Assembly: GCF_024223415.1 (NCBI RefSeq)
Contig: NZ_CP100500.1
DNA from: Escherichia coli
GTDB lineage: Bacteria; Pseudomonadota; Gammaproteobacteria; Enterobacterales; Enterobacteriaceae
Direction: 5' to 3' (one strand)
Length of the DNA stretch: 64,000 nucleotides
Shown here: positions 30,567 through 47,559 of the stretch, piece by piece
Numbering within the stretch: position 1 is the first letter of the stretch
Layout: each line of letters starts with the position of its first letter
Made by a program: the position numbers and the translations under genes
Notes under the pieces: generated by a model
The model's input: the letters and a program-made list of their open reading frames with translations, nothing else
The model's database searches: none
What the model was told of the DNA's origin: nothing

Positions 30567-31652
30567 ATGGCTGGAAACACAATTGGACAACTCTTTCGCG
30601 TAACCACCTTCGGCGAATCGCACGGGCTGGCGCTCGGCTGCATCGTCGATGGTGTTCCGCCAGGCATTCCGCTGACGGAAGCGGACCTGCAACATGACCT
30701 TGATCGTCGTCGCCCTGGGACATCGCGCTATACCACCCAGCGTCGTGAGCCGGATCAGGTCAAAATTCTCTCCGGTGTTTTTGAAGGCGTTACTACCGGC
30801 ACCAGCATTGGTTTGTTGATCGAAAATACCGATCAGCGTTCTCAGGATTATAGTGCGATTAAGGACGTTTTCCGTCCTGGCCATGCCGATTACACCTACG
30901 AACAAAAATACGGTCTGCGCGATTATCGCGGCGGTGGACGTTCTTCCGCCCGCGAAACCGCCATGCGCGTGGCGGCAGGGGCGATTGCCAAAAAATATCT
31001 CGCCGAGAAATTTGGTATTGAAATCCGCGGCTGCCTGACCCAGATGGGCGACATTCCTCTGGAAATCAAAGACTGGTCGCAGGTTGAACAAAATCCGTTC
31101 TTCTGCCCGGACCCGGACAAAATCGACGCGTTAGATGAACTGATGCGCGCGCTGAAAAAAGAGGGCGACTCCATCGGCGCGAAAGTCACCGTTGTAGCCA
31201 GTGGTGTCCCCGCCGGACTTGGCGAGCCGGTCTTTGACCGCCTGGATGCCGACATCGCCCATGCGCTGATGAGCATCAACGCGGTGAAAGGCGTGGAAAT
31301 TGGCGACGGTTTTGACGTAGTGGCGCTGCGCGGCAGCCAGAATCGCGACGAAATCACCAAAGACGGTTTCCAGAGCAACCATGCGGGCGGCATTCTTGGC
31401 GGTATCAGCAGCGGGCAGCAAATCATTGCCCATATGGCGCTGAAACCGACCTCCAGCATTACCGTGCCGGGGCGCACCATTAACCGCTTTGGCGAAGAAG
31501 TTGAGATGATCACCAAAGGCCGTCACGATCCTTGTGTCGGGATCCGCGCGGTGCCGATCGCTGAAGCGATGCTGGCGATCGTATTAATGGATCACCTGTT
31601 ACGGCAGCGGGCGCAAAATGCCGATGTGAAGACTGATATTCCACGCTGGTAA
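30567..31652 (+). CDS. aroC: Chorismate synthase
   Basis: 361-aa product [33 protein letters not shown]... Confidence 0.93.
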   Translation: MAGNTIGQLFRVTTFGESHGLALGCIVDGVPPGIPLTEADLQHDLDRRRPGTSRYTTQRREPDQVKILSGVFEGVTTGTSIGLLIENTDQRSQDYSAIKDVFRPGHADYTYEQKYGLRDYRGGGRSSARETAMRVAAGAIAKKYLAEKFGIEIRGCLTQMGDIPLEIKDWSQVEQNPFFCPDPDKIDALDELMRALKKEGDSIGAKVTVVASGVPAGLGEPVFDRLDADIAHALMSINAVKGVEIGDGFDVVALRGSQNRDEITKDGFQSNHAGGILGGISSGQQIIAHMALKPTSSITVPGRTINRFGEEVEMITKGRHDPCVGIRAVPIAEAMLAIVLMDHLLRQRAQNADVKTDIPRW

Positions 31653-31655
31653 AAA

Positions 31656-32480
31656 ATGAACAAAACCGCGATTGCGCTGCTGGCCCTGCTTGCCAGTAGC
31701 GCCAGCCTGGCAGCGACGCCGTGGCAAAAAATAACCCAACCTGTGCCGGGTAGCGCACAATCGATAGGCAGTTTTTCTAATGGCTGTATCGTCGGCGCTG
31801 ACACGCTGCCGATACAGTCCGAACATTATCAGGTCATGCGTACCGATCAGCGTCGCTATTTCGGTCACCCGGACCTGGTGATGTTTATCCAACGTCTGAG
31901 TAGCCAGGTGAGCAATCTGGGTATGGGGACGGTGCTGATTGGCGATATGGGGATGCCCGCTGGTGGGCGTTTCAACGGCGGTCATGCCAGCCACCAGACC
32001 GGACTGGATGTCGATATCTTTCTGCAACTGCCGAAAACTCGCTGGACCTCCGCGCAGCTCTTGCGCCCGCAAGCACTGGACTTAGTATCCCGCGACGGTA
32101 AACACGTTGTCTCCACGCTGTGGAAGCCAGAAATTTTCAGCTTGATCAAACTCGCCGCCCAGGACAAAGACGTCACGCGCATTTTTGTTAATCCGGCGAT
32201 TAAACAACAACTTTGCCTTGATGCGGGCACCGATCGCGACTGGTTGCGCAAAGTGCGACCCTGGTTCCAGCATCGCGCGCATATGCATGTACGATTACGT
32301 TGCCCTGCCGATAGTCTGGAGTGTGAAGATCAACCTTTACCGCCATCAGGCGATGGTTGCGGGGCAGAACTGCAAAGCTGGTTTGAACCTCCAAAACCGG
32401 GAACAACAAAGCCTGAGAAGAAGACACCGCCTCCGTTGCCGCCTTCCTGCCAGGCGCTACTGGATGAGCACGTGATCTAA
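31656..32480 (+). CDS. mepA: Penicillin-insensitive murein DD-endopeptidase MepA
   Basis: 274-aa ORF with signal peptide [23 protein letters not shown]... and LAS-family metallopeptidase motifs. Confidence 0.92.
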
Positions 32481-33289
32481 TGGAAACGTTTAATAGCCTG
32501 TTTATGGTTTCCCCGCTGTTGCTGGGAGTTCTCTTTTTTGTCGCCATGCTGGCGGGATTTATCGACTCGATTGCCGGTGGTGGTGGGTTACTCACGATTC
32601 CGGCATTAATGGCAGCGGGGATGTCTCCCGCTAATGCGCTGGCAACCAATAAACTGCAAGCCTGCGGCGGCTCTATTTCCGCCACTATCTACTTTATTCG
32701 CCGCAAAGTGGTTAGTTTAAGCGATCAGAAACTCAATATCGCCATGACCTTTATCGGCTCAATGAGCGGCGCACTGCTGGTGCAATACGTTCAGGCTGAT
32801 GTCTTACGGCAGATTTTGCCCATTCTGGTGATTTGTATCGGCCTCTATTTCTTGCTGATGCCAAAGCTGGGTGAAGAAGATCGCCAGCGCCGGATGTACG
32901 GTTTACCCTTCGCGTTAATTGCCGGTGGCTGCGTCGGTTTTTATGACGGATTCTTTGGTCCGGCAGCCGGATCGTTTTACGCGCTGGCCTTTGTTACGCT
33001 GTGCGGATTCAACCTCGCCAAAGCCACGGCTCACGCCAAATTACTCAACGCAACGTCAAACATCGGCGGTTTACTGCTGTTTATTCTCGGCGGCAAAGTG
33101 ATTTGGGCGACGGGCTTTGTGATGCTAGTGGGGCAGTTCCTCGGCGCGCGCATGGGTTCAAGACTGGTGTTGAGCAAAGGACAAAAACTGATCCGCCCGA
33201 TGATCGTTATCGTCTCGGCGGTGATGAGTGCCAAATTACTTTACGATAGCCACGGACAGGAGATCCTCCACTGGTTGGGGATGAACTAA
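32480..33289 (+). CDS. yfcA: TauE/SafE-family inner membrane protein YfcA
   Basis: 269-aa hydrophobic ORF; start overlaps mepA stop. Confidence 0.88.
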   Translation: METFNSLFMVSPLLLGVLFFVAMLAGFIDSIAGGGGLLTIPALMAAGMSPANALATNKLQACGGSISATIYFIRRKVVSLSDQKLNIAMTFIGSMSGALLVQYVQADVLRQILPILVICIGLYFLLMPKLGEEDRQRRMYGLPFALIAGGCVGFYDGFFGPAAGSFYALAFVTLCGFNLAKATAHAKLLNATSNIGGLLLFILGGKVIWATGFVMLVGQFLGARMGSRLVLSKGQKLIRPMIVIVSAVMSAKLLYDSHGQEILHWLGMN

Positions 33290-33837
33290 TGAACAGTACA
33301 CACCACTATGAGCAGTTGATTGAAATTTTTAATAGCTGCTTTGCCGATGATTTTAATACCCGTCTGATTAAAGGCGACGACGAACCGATCTATCTTCCTG
33401 CTGATGCGGAAGTACCGTATAACCGAATCGTCTTTGCTCATGGCTTTTATGCCAGCGCAATTCATGAGATTTCGCACTGGTGTATTGCCGGAAAAGCGCG
33501 CCGTGAGCTGGTTGATTTCGGCTACTGGTATTGCCCGGACGGACGCGATGCCCAAACGCAAAGCCAGTTTGAAGATGTTGAAGTGAAGCCGCAGGCGCTC
33601 GACTGGTTGTTCTGCGTGGCGGCTGGATATCCGTTTAACGTCAGTTGCGACAATCTGGAAGGCGACTTCGAACCGGACCGCGTGGTGTTTCAACGGCGAG
33701 TACATGCGCAGGTGATGGATTATCTAACAAATGGCATTCCGGAACGCCCGGCACGTTTCATTAAAGCACTACAAAATTATTATCACACGCCGGAAATTAC
33801 GGCGGAACAGTTCCCGTGGCCGGAAGCGCTCAACTGA
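33289..33837 (+). CDS. epmC: EF-P beta-lysyl-lysine hydroxylase EpmC (YfcM)
   Basis: 182-aa ORF MNSTHHYEQLIEIFNSCFADDFNTRLIKGDDEP...; start overlaps yfcA stop. Confidence 0.88.
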   Translation: MNSTHHYEQLIEIFNSCFADDFNTRLIKGDDEPIYLPADAEVPYNRIVFAHGFYASAIHEISHWCIAGKARRELVDFGYWYCPDGRDAQTQSQFEDVEVKPQALDWLFCVAAGYPFNVSCDNLEGDFEPDRVVFQRRVHAQVMDYLTNGIPERPARFIKALQNYYHTPEITAEQFPWPEALN

Positions 33838-33870
33838 AGCCAGCGCCACGTTTTACAATGAGGAAAGAAG

Positions 33871-34149
33871 ATGATCGCGGAGTTTGAATCACGCATTCTG
33901 GCATTAATCGACGGTATGGTTGACCATGCCAGTGATGATGAGTTGTTTGCCAGTGGGTATTTGCGTGGCCACCTGACATTAGCCATCGCAGAACTGGAAA
34001 GTGGTGATGACCACTCCGCTCAGGCGGTGCATACGACCGTTAGCCAGAGTCTGGAAAAAGCCATTGGTGCTGGTGAATTGTCGCCGCGTGACCAGGCGCT
34101 GGTGACCGATATGTGGGAAAACCTGTTTCAGCAGGCATCACAGCAGTAA
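33871..34149 (+). CDS. yfcL: Small conserved protein YfcL
   Basis: 92-aa [38 protein letters not shown]... Confidence 0.85.
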
Positions 34150-34155
34150 GTTGCG

Positions 34156-34256
<101 letters not shown>

Positions 34257-34269
34257 ATGCCAAAGCTGG

Positions 34270-36342
<2,073 letters not shown>

Positions 36343-36353
36343 CTATTAATTGG

Positions 36354-36386
36354 CTGATCGGACTTGTTCGGCGTACAAGTGTACGC
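36354..36386. promoter_or_regulatory. fabB control region: candidate FadR activator site (CTGATCGGACTTGTTC) adjacent to FabR-type palindrome (GCGTACAAGTGTACGC)
   Basis: FadR-consensus-like sequence followed immediately by a 16-bp perfect palindrome, about 50-80 bp upstream of fabB. Confidence 0.6.
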
Positions 36387-36434
36387 TATTGTGCATTCGA
36401 AACTTACTCTATGTGCGACTTACAGAGGTATTGA

Positions 36435-37655
36435 ATGAAACGTGCAGTGATTACTGGCCTGGGCATTGTTTCCAGCATCGGTAATAACCAGCAGGAAGTC
36501 CTGGCATCTCTGCGTGAAGGACGTTCAGGGATCACTTTCTCTCAGGAGCTGAAGGATTCCGGCATGCGTAGCCACGTCTGGGGCAACGTAAAACTGGATA
36601 CCACTGGCCTCATTGACCGCAAAGTTGTGCGCTTTATGAGCGACGCATCCATTTATGCATTCCTTTCTATGGAGCAGGCAATCGCAGATGCGGGCCTTTC
36701 TCCGGAAGCTTACCAGAATAACCCGCGCGTTGGCCTGATTGCAGGTTCCGGCGGCGGCTCCCCGCGTTTCCAGGTGTTCGGCGCTGACGCAATGCGCGGT
36801 CCGCGCGGCCTGAAAGCGGTTGGCCCATATGTGGTCACCAAAGCGATGGCATCCGGCGTTTCTGCCTGTCTCGCCACGCCGTTTAAAATTCATGGCGTTA
36901 ACTACTCCATCAGCTCCGCGTGTGCGACTTCCGCACACTGTATCGGTAACGCAGTAGAGCAGATCCAACTGGGCAAACAGGACATCGTGTTTGCTGGCGG
37001 CGGCGAAGAGCTGTGCTGGGAAATGGCTTGCGAATTCGACGCAATGGGTGCGCTGTCTACTAAATACAACGACACCCCGGAAAAAGCCTCCCGTACTTAC
37101 GACGCTCACCGTGACGGTTTCGTTATCGCTGGCGGCGGCGGTATGGTGGTGGTTGAAGAGCTGGAACACGCGCTGGCGCGTGGTGCTCATATCTATGCTG
37201 AAATCGTTGGCTACGGCGCAACGTCTGATGGCGCAGACATGGTTGCTCCGTCTGGCGAAGGCGCAGTACGTTGTATGCAGATGGCGATGCATGGCGTTGA
37301 TACACCAATCGATTACCTGAACTCTCACGGTACTTCGACTCCGGTTGGCGACGTGAAAGAGCTGGCAGCTATCCGTGAAGTGTTCGGCGATAAGAGCCCG
37401 GCGATTTCTGCAACCAAAGCCATGACCGGTCACTCTCTGGGCGCTGCTGGCGTACAGGAAGCTATCTACTCTCTGCTGATGCTGGAACACGGCTTTATCG
37501 CCCCGAGCATCAACATTGAAGAGCTGGACGAGCAGGCTGCGGGTCTGAACATCGTGACCGAAACGACCGATCGCGAACTGACCACTGTTATGTCTAACAG
37601 TTTCGGCTTCGGCGGCACCAACGCCACGCTGGTAATGCGCAAGCTGAAAGATTAA
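36435..37655 (+). CDS. fabB: 3-oxoacyl-ACP synthase I (KAS I)
   Basis: 406-aa [36 protein letters not shown]... with active-site Cys region. Confidence 0.95.
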   Translation: MKRAVITGLGIVSSIGNNQQEVLASLREGRSGITFSQELKDSGMRSHVWGNVKLDTTGLIDRKVVRFMSDASIYAFLSMEQAIADAGLSPEAYQNNPRVGLIAGSGGGSPRFQVFGADAMRGPRGLKAVGPYVVTKAMASGVSACLATPFKIHGVNYSISSACATSAHCIGNAVEQIQLGKQDIVFAGGGEELCWEMACEFDAMGALSTKYNDTPEKASRTYDAHRDGFVIAGGGGMVVVEELEHALARGAHIYAEIVGYGATSDGADMVAPSGEGAVRCMQMAMHGVDTPIDYLNSHGTSTPVGDVKELAAIREVFGDKSPAISATKAMTGHSLGAAGVQEAIYSLLMLEHGFIAPSINIEELDEQAAGLNIVTETTDRELTTVMSNSFGFGGTNATLVMRKLKD

Positions 37656-37660
37656 TTCGC

Positions 37661-37740
37661 AGTAGGCCGGAGTAGGTCGGATAAGACGCGCCAGCGTCGC
37701 ATCCGACGTTACGCGCCAATGCGGCATCCGGCACTAACGC
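37661..37740. repeat. REP elements downstream of fabB
   Basis: GTAGGTCGGATAAGACGCGCCAGCGTCGCATCCGAC and GCGCCAATGCGGCATCCGGCAC palindromic units. Confidence 0.7.
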
Positions 37741-37926
37741 CAAAGGGAACCCGATGGTTCCCTTTTTCACATCATTGACAATCGCCGCCTGTTCCAGGCA
37801 AACTTCCCGCTTTGTCGATTTCCTTCTGAAAAGACGTACGCGTTAATTCCTGCCAACGCACCGTAACCCTGAAACCAGAGAGATGAGACGGGGATACTCC
37901 TCGCCTTGCGCTGCATTCTGGAGTAA

Positions 37927-40100
<2,174 letters not shown>

Positions 40101-40198
40101 TACGTATCCTTATACCTGAAATCTTCGCAAGTATGCCTGGCCGCGAGATTATGGCACACTTGTCCGGTTAACTCTCGTCTCATACAGGTAACATAAAC

Positions 40199-41335
40199 GT
40201 GAAAATCCTTGTTGATGAAAATATGCCTTATGCCCGCGACTTATTTAGCCGTTTGGGTGAGGTGATCGCGGTTCCCGGGCGTCCAATCCCCGTCGCTCAA
40301 CTGGCAGACGCGGATGCGCTGATGGTGCGTTCGGTCACGAAAGTGAATGAATCTTTGCTGGCAGGAAAACCCATTAAATTTGTTGGCACTGCCACTGCGG
40401 GGACCGACCATGTCGATGAAGCATGGTTGAAGCAGGCGGGAATTGGTTTTTCCGCTGCACCTGGCTGTAATGCGATTGCGGTGGTGGAATATGTTTTCTC
40501 CTCCCTGCTGATGCTTGCCGAACGCGATGGATTTTCACTGCACGAGCGTACCGTGGGGATCGTGGGCGTTGGTAACGTTGGTCGGCGTTTACAGGCACGA
40601 CTGGAAGCGTTAGGGATTAAAACCTTACTTTGCGATCCGCCTCGCGCCGACCGTGGGGATGAGGGTGATTTCCGCTCGCTGGATGAATTAGTTCAGCATG
40701 CGGATATTCTGACTTTCCATACGCCACTCTTCAAAGACGGGCAGTACAAAACGCTGCATCTGGCGGATGAAAAACTGATCCGTAGCCTGAAACCGGGAGC
40801 GATTCTGATTAACGCCTGCCGTGGCGCAGTCGTCGATAATACCGCGCTGCTGACCTGCCTGAATGAAGGCCAGAAGTTAAGCGTGGTGCTGGATGTCTGG
40901 GAAGGCGAGCCGGAACTTAATGTGGAATTGCTGACAAAAGTGGATATCGGCACGCCGCATATTGCAGGCTATACCCTGGAAGGTAAAGCACGCGGTACTA
41001 CGCAAGTGTTTGAAGCCTATAGCAAGTTTATTGGGCATGAACAGCACGTTGCGCTGGATACATTACTGCCCGCGCCAGAGTTTGGTCGCATTACGCTGCA
41101 TGGTCAGCTCGATCAACCGACGCTGAAAAGGCTGGTGCATTTAGTGTATGATGTGCGCCGCGATGACGCACCGCTGCGTAAAGTCGCCGGGATACCGGGT
41201 GAGTTCGATAAACTGCGCAAAAACTATCTTGAGCGCCGTGAATGGTCATCTCTGTATGTAATTTGTGATGACGCCAGTGCGGCATCATTGCTGTGTAAAC
41301 TGGGTTTTAACGCCGTTCATCATCCGGCACGTTAA
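40199..41335 (+). CDS. pdxB: Erythronate-4-phosphate dehydrogenase
   Basis: 378-aa D-2-hydroxyacid dehydrogenase-family [25 protein letters not shown]... Confidence 0.93.
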   Translation: MKILVDENMPYARDLFSRLGEVIAVPGRPIPVAQLADADALMVRSVTKVNESLLAGKPIKFVGTATAGTDHVDEAWLKQAGIGFSAAPGCNAIAVVEYVFSSLLMLAERDGFSLHERTVGIVGVGNVGRRLQARLEALGIKTLLCDPPRADRGDEGDFRSLDELVQHADILTFHTPLFKDGQYKTLHLADEKLIRSLKPGAILINACRGAVVDNTALLTCLNEGQKLSVVLDVWEGEPELNVELLTKVDIGTPHIAGYTLEGKARGTTQVFEAYSKFIGHEQHVALDTLLPAPEFGRITLHGQLDQPTLKRLVHLVYDVRRDDAPLRKVAGIPGEFDKLRKNYLERREWSSLYVICDDASAASLLCKLGFNAVHHPAR

Positions 41336-41400
41336 TCTCTTCTTCATGCTCTCTGCTGTAACATTGGCAGGGAGCTTTGCTATTTCTGGAGTAAACCACC

Positions 41401-42414
41401 ATGTCTGAAGGCTGGAACATTGCCGTCCTGGGCGCAACTGGCGCTGTGGGCGAAGCCCTGCTTGAAACGCTGGCTGAACGTCAGTTCCCGGTTGGGGAAA
41501 TTTATGCACTGGCACGTAACGAAAGCGCAGGCGAACAACTGCGCTTTGGTGGTAAGACAATCACCGTGCAGGATGCCGCTGAATTCGACTGGACGCAGGC
41601 GCAGCTGGCATTTTTTGTCGCAGGCAAAGAAGCTACCGCTGCCTGGGTTGAAGAAGCGACCAACTCAGGTTGCCTGGTGATCGACAGCAGCGGATTGTTT
41701 GCTCTCGAACCCGACGTACCGCTGGTGGTGCCGGAAGTAAACCCGTTTGTACTGACCGATTACCGCAACCGGAATGTCATCGCCGTACCAGACAGTCTGA
41801 CCAGCCAGCTGCTGGCGGCACTGAAACCGTTAATCGATCAGGGCGGTTTGTCGCGTATCAGCGTTACCAGCCTGATTTCAGCCTCCGCACAGGGTAAAAA
41901 AGCGGTCGATGCGTTAGCGGGGCAGAGTGCTAAATTGCTCAACGGCATTCCGATTGACGAAGAAGATTTCTTCGGGCGTCAGCTGGCGTTCAACATGCTG
42001 CCGTTACTGCCGGATAGCGAAGGTAGCGTGCGTGAAGAACGTCGTATCGTTGACGAAGTACGCAAAATCCTGCAGGACGAAGGACTGATGATTTCGGCAA
42101 GCGTCGTCCAGGCACCGGTATTCTACGGTCATGCCCAGATGGTCAACTTTGAAGCTCTGCGTCCGCTGGCAGCAGAAGAAGCGCGTGATGCGTTTGTTCA
42201 AGGCGAAGATATTGTGCTCTCTGAAGAGAACGAATTCCCGACTCAGGTAGGGGATGCTTCGGGTACGCCGCATCTTTCTGTTGGCTGTGTGCGTAATGAC
42301 TACGGTATGCCGGAGCAAGTCCAGTTCTGGTCGGTGGCTGATAACGTTCGCTTTGGCGGCGCGCTGATGGCAGTAAAAATCGCCGAGAAACTGGTGCAGG
42401 AGTATCTGTACTAA
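41401..42414 (+). CDS. usg: USG-1 protein (aspartate-semialdehyde dehydrogenase paralog)
   Basis: 337-aa [27 protein letters not shown]... with Rossmann GxxGxxG. Confidence 0.9.
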
Positions 42415-43226
42415 TGTCCGACCAGCAACAACTGCCAGTTTATAAAATTGCGCTGGGCATTGAGTACGACGGCAGTAAGTATTACGGCTGGCAACGGCAG
42501 AACGAAGTTCGCAGTGTGCAGGAGAAGCTGGAAAAGGCGCTCTCCCAGGTGGCGAACGAACCCATCACCGTCTTCTGCGCCGGGCGTACTGACGCAGGGG
42601 TACACGGTACCGGGCAGGTTGTGCATTTCGAAACAACCGCGCAGCGCAAAGACGCTGCGTGGACGTTGGGCGTAAATGCGAATTTACCTGGTGACATCGC
42701 CGTGCGTTGGGTTAAAGCTGTACCTGATGATTTTCATGCCCGATTTAGCGCCACGGCTCGCCGTTATCGCTATATCATCTACAATCATCGGCTGCGCCCG
42801 GCGGTACTGAGTAAAGGGGTAACCCATTTTTACGAACCGCTGGACGCTGAACGGATGCATCGGGCTGCGCAATGCTTGCTGGGCGAGAATGATTTCACCT
42901 CGTTCCGTGCGGTGCAGTGCCAGTCCCGAACCCCGTGGCGCAACGTTATGCATATTAATGTCACGCGTCACGGTCCTTATGTGGTGGTTGATATCAAAGC
43001 GAATGCCTTTGTACATCATATGGTCAGGAATATTGTCGGCAGCCTGATGGAAGTCGGTGCCCACAACCAGCCGGAGAGCTGGATAGCAGAGTTGCTGGCG
43101 GCAAAGGACAGAACGCTGGCGGCAGCAACGGCAAAAGCGGAAGGGCTGTATCTGGTCGCGGTGGATTACCCTGACCGGTATGATCTTCCAAAACCGCCAA
43201 TGGGCCCGCTATTTCTGGCGGACTAA
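42414..43226 (+). CDS. truA: tRNA pseudouridine(38-40) synthase
   Basis: 270-aa ORF with catalytic motif region RTDAGVH; start overlaps usg stop. Confidence 0.93.
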   Translation: MSDQQQLPVYKIALGIEYDGSKYYGWQRQNEVRSVQEKLEKALSQVANEPITVFCAGRTDAGVHGTGQVVHFETTAQRKDAAWTLGVNANLPGDIAVRWVKAVPDDFHARFSATARRYRYIIYNHRLRPAVLSKGVTHFYEPLDAERMHRAAQCLLGENDFTSFRAVQCQSRTPWRNVMHINVTRHGPYVVVDIKANAFVHHMVRNIVGSLMEVGAHNQPESWIAELLAAKDRTLAAATAKAEGLYLVAVDYPDRYDLPKPPMGPLFLAD

Positions 43227-43308
43227 CGAGAATAATGCTCGGAACATTTCAGGCTGTAGCCAACGTAGTTACAGCCTGAAAGATGACGAGTACAAGGCAT
43301 AGGCAAAT

Positions 43309-43968
43309 ATGGACCTGATTTATTTCCTCATCGATTTTATCCTGCACATTGACGTGCATCTGGCAGAGCTGGTCGCGGAGTACGGCGTCTGGGTTTATGC
43401 CATTTTGTTCTTAATTTTGTTCTGTGAAACCGGTCTGGTGGTAACGCCGTTTTTACCGGGTGATTCATTGCTGTTTGTTGCCGGAGCGTTGGCATCACTG
43501 GAAACCAACGATCTAAACGTCCATATGATGGTGGTGCTGATGCTGATCGCCGCGATTGTGGGTGACGCGGTCAATTACACTATCGGGCGGTTGTTCGGTG
43601 AAAAGTTATTCAGTAATCCCAATTCGAAAATTTTCCGGCGCAGTTATCTCGACAAAACCCATCAGTTTTATGAGAAACATGGCGGCAAAACGATTATTCT
43701 CGCCCGTTTTGTGCCGATCGTCAGAACGTTCGCCCCGTTTGTTGCGGGAATGGGCCACATGTCGTACCGTCATTTCGCCGCTTATAACGTGATCGGCGCA
43801 CTGTTGTGGGTACTGCTTTTTACCTACGCAGGCTATTTCTTCGGTACAATCCCGATGGTTCAGGATAACCTTAAGCTGCTGATCGTCGGGATTATTGTGG
43901 TTTCTATTTTGCCGGGCGTCATCGAAATAATCCGTCACAAACGCGCTGCGGCACGCGCCGCAAAATAA
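43309..43968 (+). CDS. dedA: DedA-family inner membrane protein
   Basis: 219-aa hydrophobic [37 protein letters not shown]... Confidence 0.92.
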   Translation: MDLIYFLIDFILHIDVHLAELVAEYGVWVYAILFLILFCETGLVVTPFLPGDSLLFVAGALASLETNDLNVHMMVVLMLIAAIVGDAVNYTIGRLFGEKLFSNPNSKIFRRSYLDKTHQFYEKHGGKTIILARFVPIVRTFAPFVAGMGHMSYRHFAAYNVIGALLWVLLFTYAGYFFGTIPMVQDNLKLLIVGIIVVSILPGVIEIIRHKRAAARAAK

Positions 43969-44123
43969 AAAGTAACTCCGCGGTTCGACCACTTTTTTAT
44001 CCAAAGTTTCGGGCTGTTATGTTTTAATGTGCAACATTCATGGTCTGTTGGGGGCAAAAATGGCATTATGCGTCCCCAAAGATAAAACTGGCATCGAACC
44101 AGGTTCAGACAGAAAGGTCCCTA

Positions 44124-45038
44124 ATGAGCTGGATTGAACGAATTAAAAGCAACATTACTCCCACCCGCAAGGCGAGCATTCCTGAAGGGGTGTGGACTAA
44201 GTGTGATAGCTGCGGTCAGGTTTTATACCGCGCTGAGCTGGAACGTAATCTTGAGGTCTGTCCGAAGTGTGACCATCACATGCGTATGACAGCGCGTAAT
44301 CGCCTGCATAGCCTGTTAGATGAAGGAAGCCTTGTGGAGCTGGGTAGCGAGCTTGAGCCGAAAGATGTGCTGAAGTTTCGTGACTCCAAGAAGTATAAAG
44401 ACCGTCTGGCATCTGCGCAGAAAGAAACTGGCGAAAAAGATGCGCTGGTGGTGATGAAAGGCACTCTGTATGGAATGCCGGTTGTCGCTGCGGCATTCGA
44501 GTTCGCCTTTATGGGCGGTTCAATGGGGTCTGTTGTGGGTGCGCGTTTCGTGCGTGCCGTTGAGCAGGCGCTGGAAGATAACTGCCCGCTGATCTGCTTC
44601 TCCGCCTCTGGTGGCGCACGTATGCAGGAAGCACTGATGTCGCTGATGCAGATGGCGAAAACCTCTGCGGCACTGGCAAAAATGCAGGAGCGCGGCTTGC
44701 CGTACATCTCCGTGCTGACCGACCCGACGATGGGCGGTGTTTCTGCAAGTTTCGCCATGCTGGGCGATCTCAACATCGCTGAACCGAAAGCGTTAATCGG
44801 CTTTGCCGGTCCGCGTGTTATCGAACAGACCGTTCGCGAAAAACTGCCGCCAGGATTCCAGCGCAGTGAATTCCTGATCGAGAAAGGCGCGATCGACATG
44901 ATCGTCCGTCGTCCGGAAATGCGCCTGAAACTGGCGAGCATTCTGGCGAAGTTGATGAATCTGCCAGCGCCGAATCCTGAAGCGCCGCGTGAAGGCGTAG
45001 TGGTACCCCCGGTACCGGATCAGGAACCTGAGGCCTGA
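44124..45038 (+). CDS. accD: Acetyl-CoA carboxylase carboxyltransferase beta subunit
   Basis: 304-aa product [52 protein letters not shown]... (Zn-ribbon CxxC x2); internal ATG start chosen. Confidence 0.93.
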
Positions 45039-45107
45039 TAACTGATAAGGGCAGGGCCACTGGCTCTGCCCTTTTGCTATTCTCACCGTAACGAATCAGC
45101 GGATACC

Positions 45108-46376
45108 ATGATTATCAAACGCACTCCTCAAGCCGCGTCGCCTCTGGCTTCGTGGCTTTCTTATCTGGAAAACCTGCACAGTAAAACTATCGATCTCGGC
45201 CTTGAGCGCGTGAGCCAGGTCGCGGCGCGTCTTGGCGTTCTGAAACCAGCGCCATTTGTGTTTACCGTTGCGGGTACGAATGGCAAAGGCACCACCTGCC
45301 GTACGCTGGAGTCGATTCTGATGGCGGCAGGGTACAAAGTGGGCGTCTACAGTTCGCCTCATCTGGTGCGTTATACCGAGCGCGTACGTGTGCAGGGTCA
45401 GGAATTGCCGGAATCGGCCCACACCGCCTCTTTTGCGGAGATTGAATCGGCACGCGGTGATATTTCCCTGACCTATTTCGAGTACGGTACGCTGTCGGCG
45501 TTGTGGCTGTTCAAACAGGCACAACTTGACGTGGTGATTCTGGAAGTAGGGCTGGGCGGTCGTCTGGACGCAACCAATATTGTCGACGCCGATGTCGCGG
45601 TAGTAACCAGTATTGCGCTGGATCATACCGACTGGCTGGGGCCAGATCGCGAAAGTATTGGTCGCGAGAAAGCAGGCATCTTCCGCAGCGAAAAACCGGC
45701 AATTGTCGGTGAGCCGGAAATGCCTTCTACCATTGCTGATGTGGCGCAGGAAAAAGGTGCACTGTTACAACGTCGGGGCGTTGAGTGGAACTATTCCGTC
45801 ACCGATCATGACTGGACGTTTAGCGATGCTCACGGCACGCTGGAAAACCTGCCGTTGCCGCTTATCCCGCAACCGAATGCCGCAACGGCGCTGGCGGCAC
45901 TGCGTGCCAGCGGGCTGGAGGTCAGTGAAAATGCCATTCGCGACGGGATTGCCAGCGCAATTTTGCCGGGACGTTTCCAGATTGTGAGCGAGTCGCCACG
46001 CGTTATTTTTGATGTCGCGCATAATCCACATGCGGCGGAATATCTCACCGGGCGTATGAAAGCGCTACCGAAAAACGGGCGCGTGCTGGCGGTTATCGGT
46101 ATGCTACATGATAAAGATATTGCCGGAACTCTGGCCTGGTTGAAAAGCGTGGTTGATGACTGGTATTGTGCGCCACTGGAAGGGCCGCGCGGTGCCACGG
46201 CAGAACAACTGCTTGAGCATTTGGGTAACGGCAAATCATTTGATAGCGTTGCGCAGGCATGGGATGCCGCAATGGCGGACGCTAAAGCGGAAGACACCGT
46301 GCTGGTGTGTGGTTCTTTCCACACGGTCGCACATGTCATGGAAGTGATTGACGCGAGGAGAAGCGGTGGCAAGTAA
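45108..46376 (+). CDS. folC: Dihydrofolate synthase / folylpolyglutamate synthase
   Basis: 422-aa ORF with P-loop AGTNGKGTT. Confidence 0.93.
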   Translation: MIIKRTPQAASPLASWLSYLENLHSKTIDLGLERVSQVAARLGVLKPAPFVFTVAGTNGKGTTCRTLESILMAAGYKVGVYSSPHLVRYTERVRVQGQELPESAHTASFAEIESARGDISLTYFEYGTLSALWLFKQAQLDVVILEVGLGGRLDATNIVDADVAVVTSIALDHTDWLGPDRESIGREKAGIFRSEKPAIVGEPEMPSTIADVAQEKGALLQRRGVEWNYSVTDHDWTFSDAHGTLENLPLPLIPQPNAATALAALRASGLEVSENAIRDGIASAILPGRFQIVSESPRVIFDVAHNPHAAEYLTGRMKALPKNGRVLAVIGMLHDKDIAGTLAWLKSVVDDWYCAPLEGPRGATAEQLLEHLGNGKSFDSVAQAWDAAMADAKAEDTVLVCGSFHTVAHVMEVIDARRSGGK

Positions 46377-47028
46377 GTTTCAGAATCGGTTAGTGGGCAC
46401 GATCGTGCTGGTGGCGCTGGGGGTGATTGTACTTCCAGGGCTGCTGGACGGGCAGAAAAAACATTATCAGGATGAGTTTGCGGCTATCCCGCTGGTGCCA
46501 AAAGCGGGCGATCGCGATGAGCCTGATATGATGCCAGCCGCCACCCAGGCGTTGCCGACGCAGCCGCCGGAAGGCGCAGCGGAAGAGGTGCGGGCTGGTG
46601 ATGCCGCAGCACCGTCGCTCGATCCGACCACTATTGCAGCCAATAACACCGAGTTTGAACCGGAACCTGCACCGGTCGCCCCACCGAAGCCGAAACCGGT
46701 GGAGCCGCCGAAACCGAAGGTTGAAGCACCACCTGCGCCGAAGCCAGAACCGAAGCCGGTCGTGGAAGAAAAAGCTGCACCGACGGGTAAAGCCTATGTT
46801 GTGCAACTGGGGGCGCTGAAAAATGCCGATAAAGTGAATGAGATTGTCGGTAAGCTGCGCGGTGCCGGTTATCGGGTTTATACGTCGCCATCCACGCCAG
46901 TGCAGGGTAAAATTACCCGTATTCTGGTTGGGCCAGATGCCTCGAAAGATAAGCTGAAAGGATCGCTGGGTGAGTTGAAGCAACTTTCTGGCTTAAGTGG
47001 CGTGGTAATGGGCTATACGCCGAATTAA
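46366..47028 (+). CDS. dedD: Cell division protein DedD (SPOR domain)
   Basis: Product (V->M)ASKFQNRLVGTIVLVALGVIVLPGLL..., Pro/Lys-rich linker, C-terminal SPOR domain; GTG start overlapping folC 3' end. Confidence 0.88.
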   Translation: MASKFQNRLVGTIVLVALGVIVLPGLLDGQKKHYQDEFAAIPLVPKAGDRDEPDMMPAATQALPTQPPEGAAEEVRAGDAAAPSLDPTTIAANNTEFEPEPAPVAPPKPKPVEPPKPKVEAPPAPKPEPKPVVEEKAAPTGKAYVVQLGALKNADKVNEIVGKLRGAGYRVYTSPSTPVQGKITRILVGPDASKDKLKGSLGELKQLSGLSGVVMGYTPN

Positions 47029-47037
47029 TACGGTCTT

Positions 47038-47395
<358 letters not shown>

Positions 47396-47487
47396 CGCAT
47401 TGCACGATGCCGCAAAGGCATAAAAAGTCGATGGCGTTGAATATTTTTTCAGCGCCATTTTTATTGATGCGCGGGAAGGAAATCCCT

Positions 47488-47503
47488 ACGCAAACGTTTT
47501 CTT
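47488..47503. promoter_or_regulatory. Candidate PurR box (ACGCAAACGTTTTCTT) in the cvpA-purF promoter, with -10-like TAGAAT at 47511-47516
   Basis: Match to PurR operator consensus ACGCAAACGTTTGCGT about 60 bp upstream of cvpA. Confidence 0.65.
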
Positions 47504-47559
47504 TTTCTGTTAGAATGCGCCCCGAACAGGATGACAGGGCGTAAAATCGTGGGACACAT

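Noticed and set aside
30008..31526. Minus-strand ORFs (219, 204, 197, 131 aa) opposite prmB and aroC
   Set aside because: Antisense to two well-supported conserved genes; composition typical of antisense artefacts.
36525..37727. 400-aa minus-strand ORF opposite fabB
   Set aside because: Antisense to the unmistakable KAS I gene; no domain signature.
44276..44941. 221-aa minus-strand ORF opposite accD
   Set aside because: Antisense to accD; no recognisable features.
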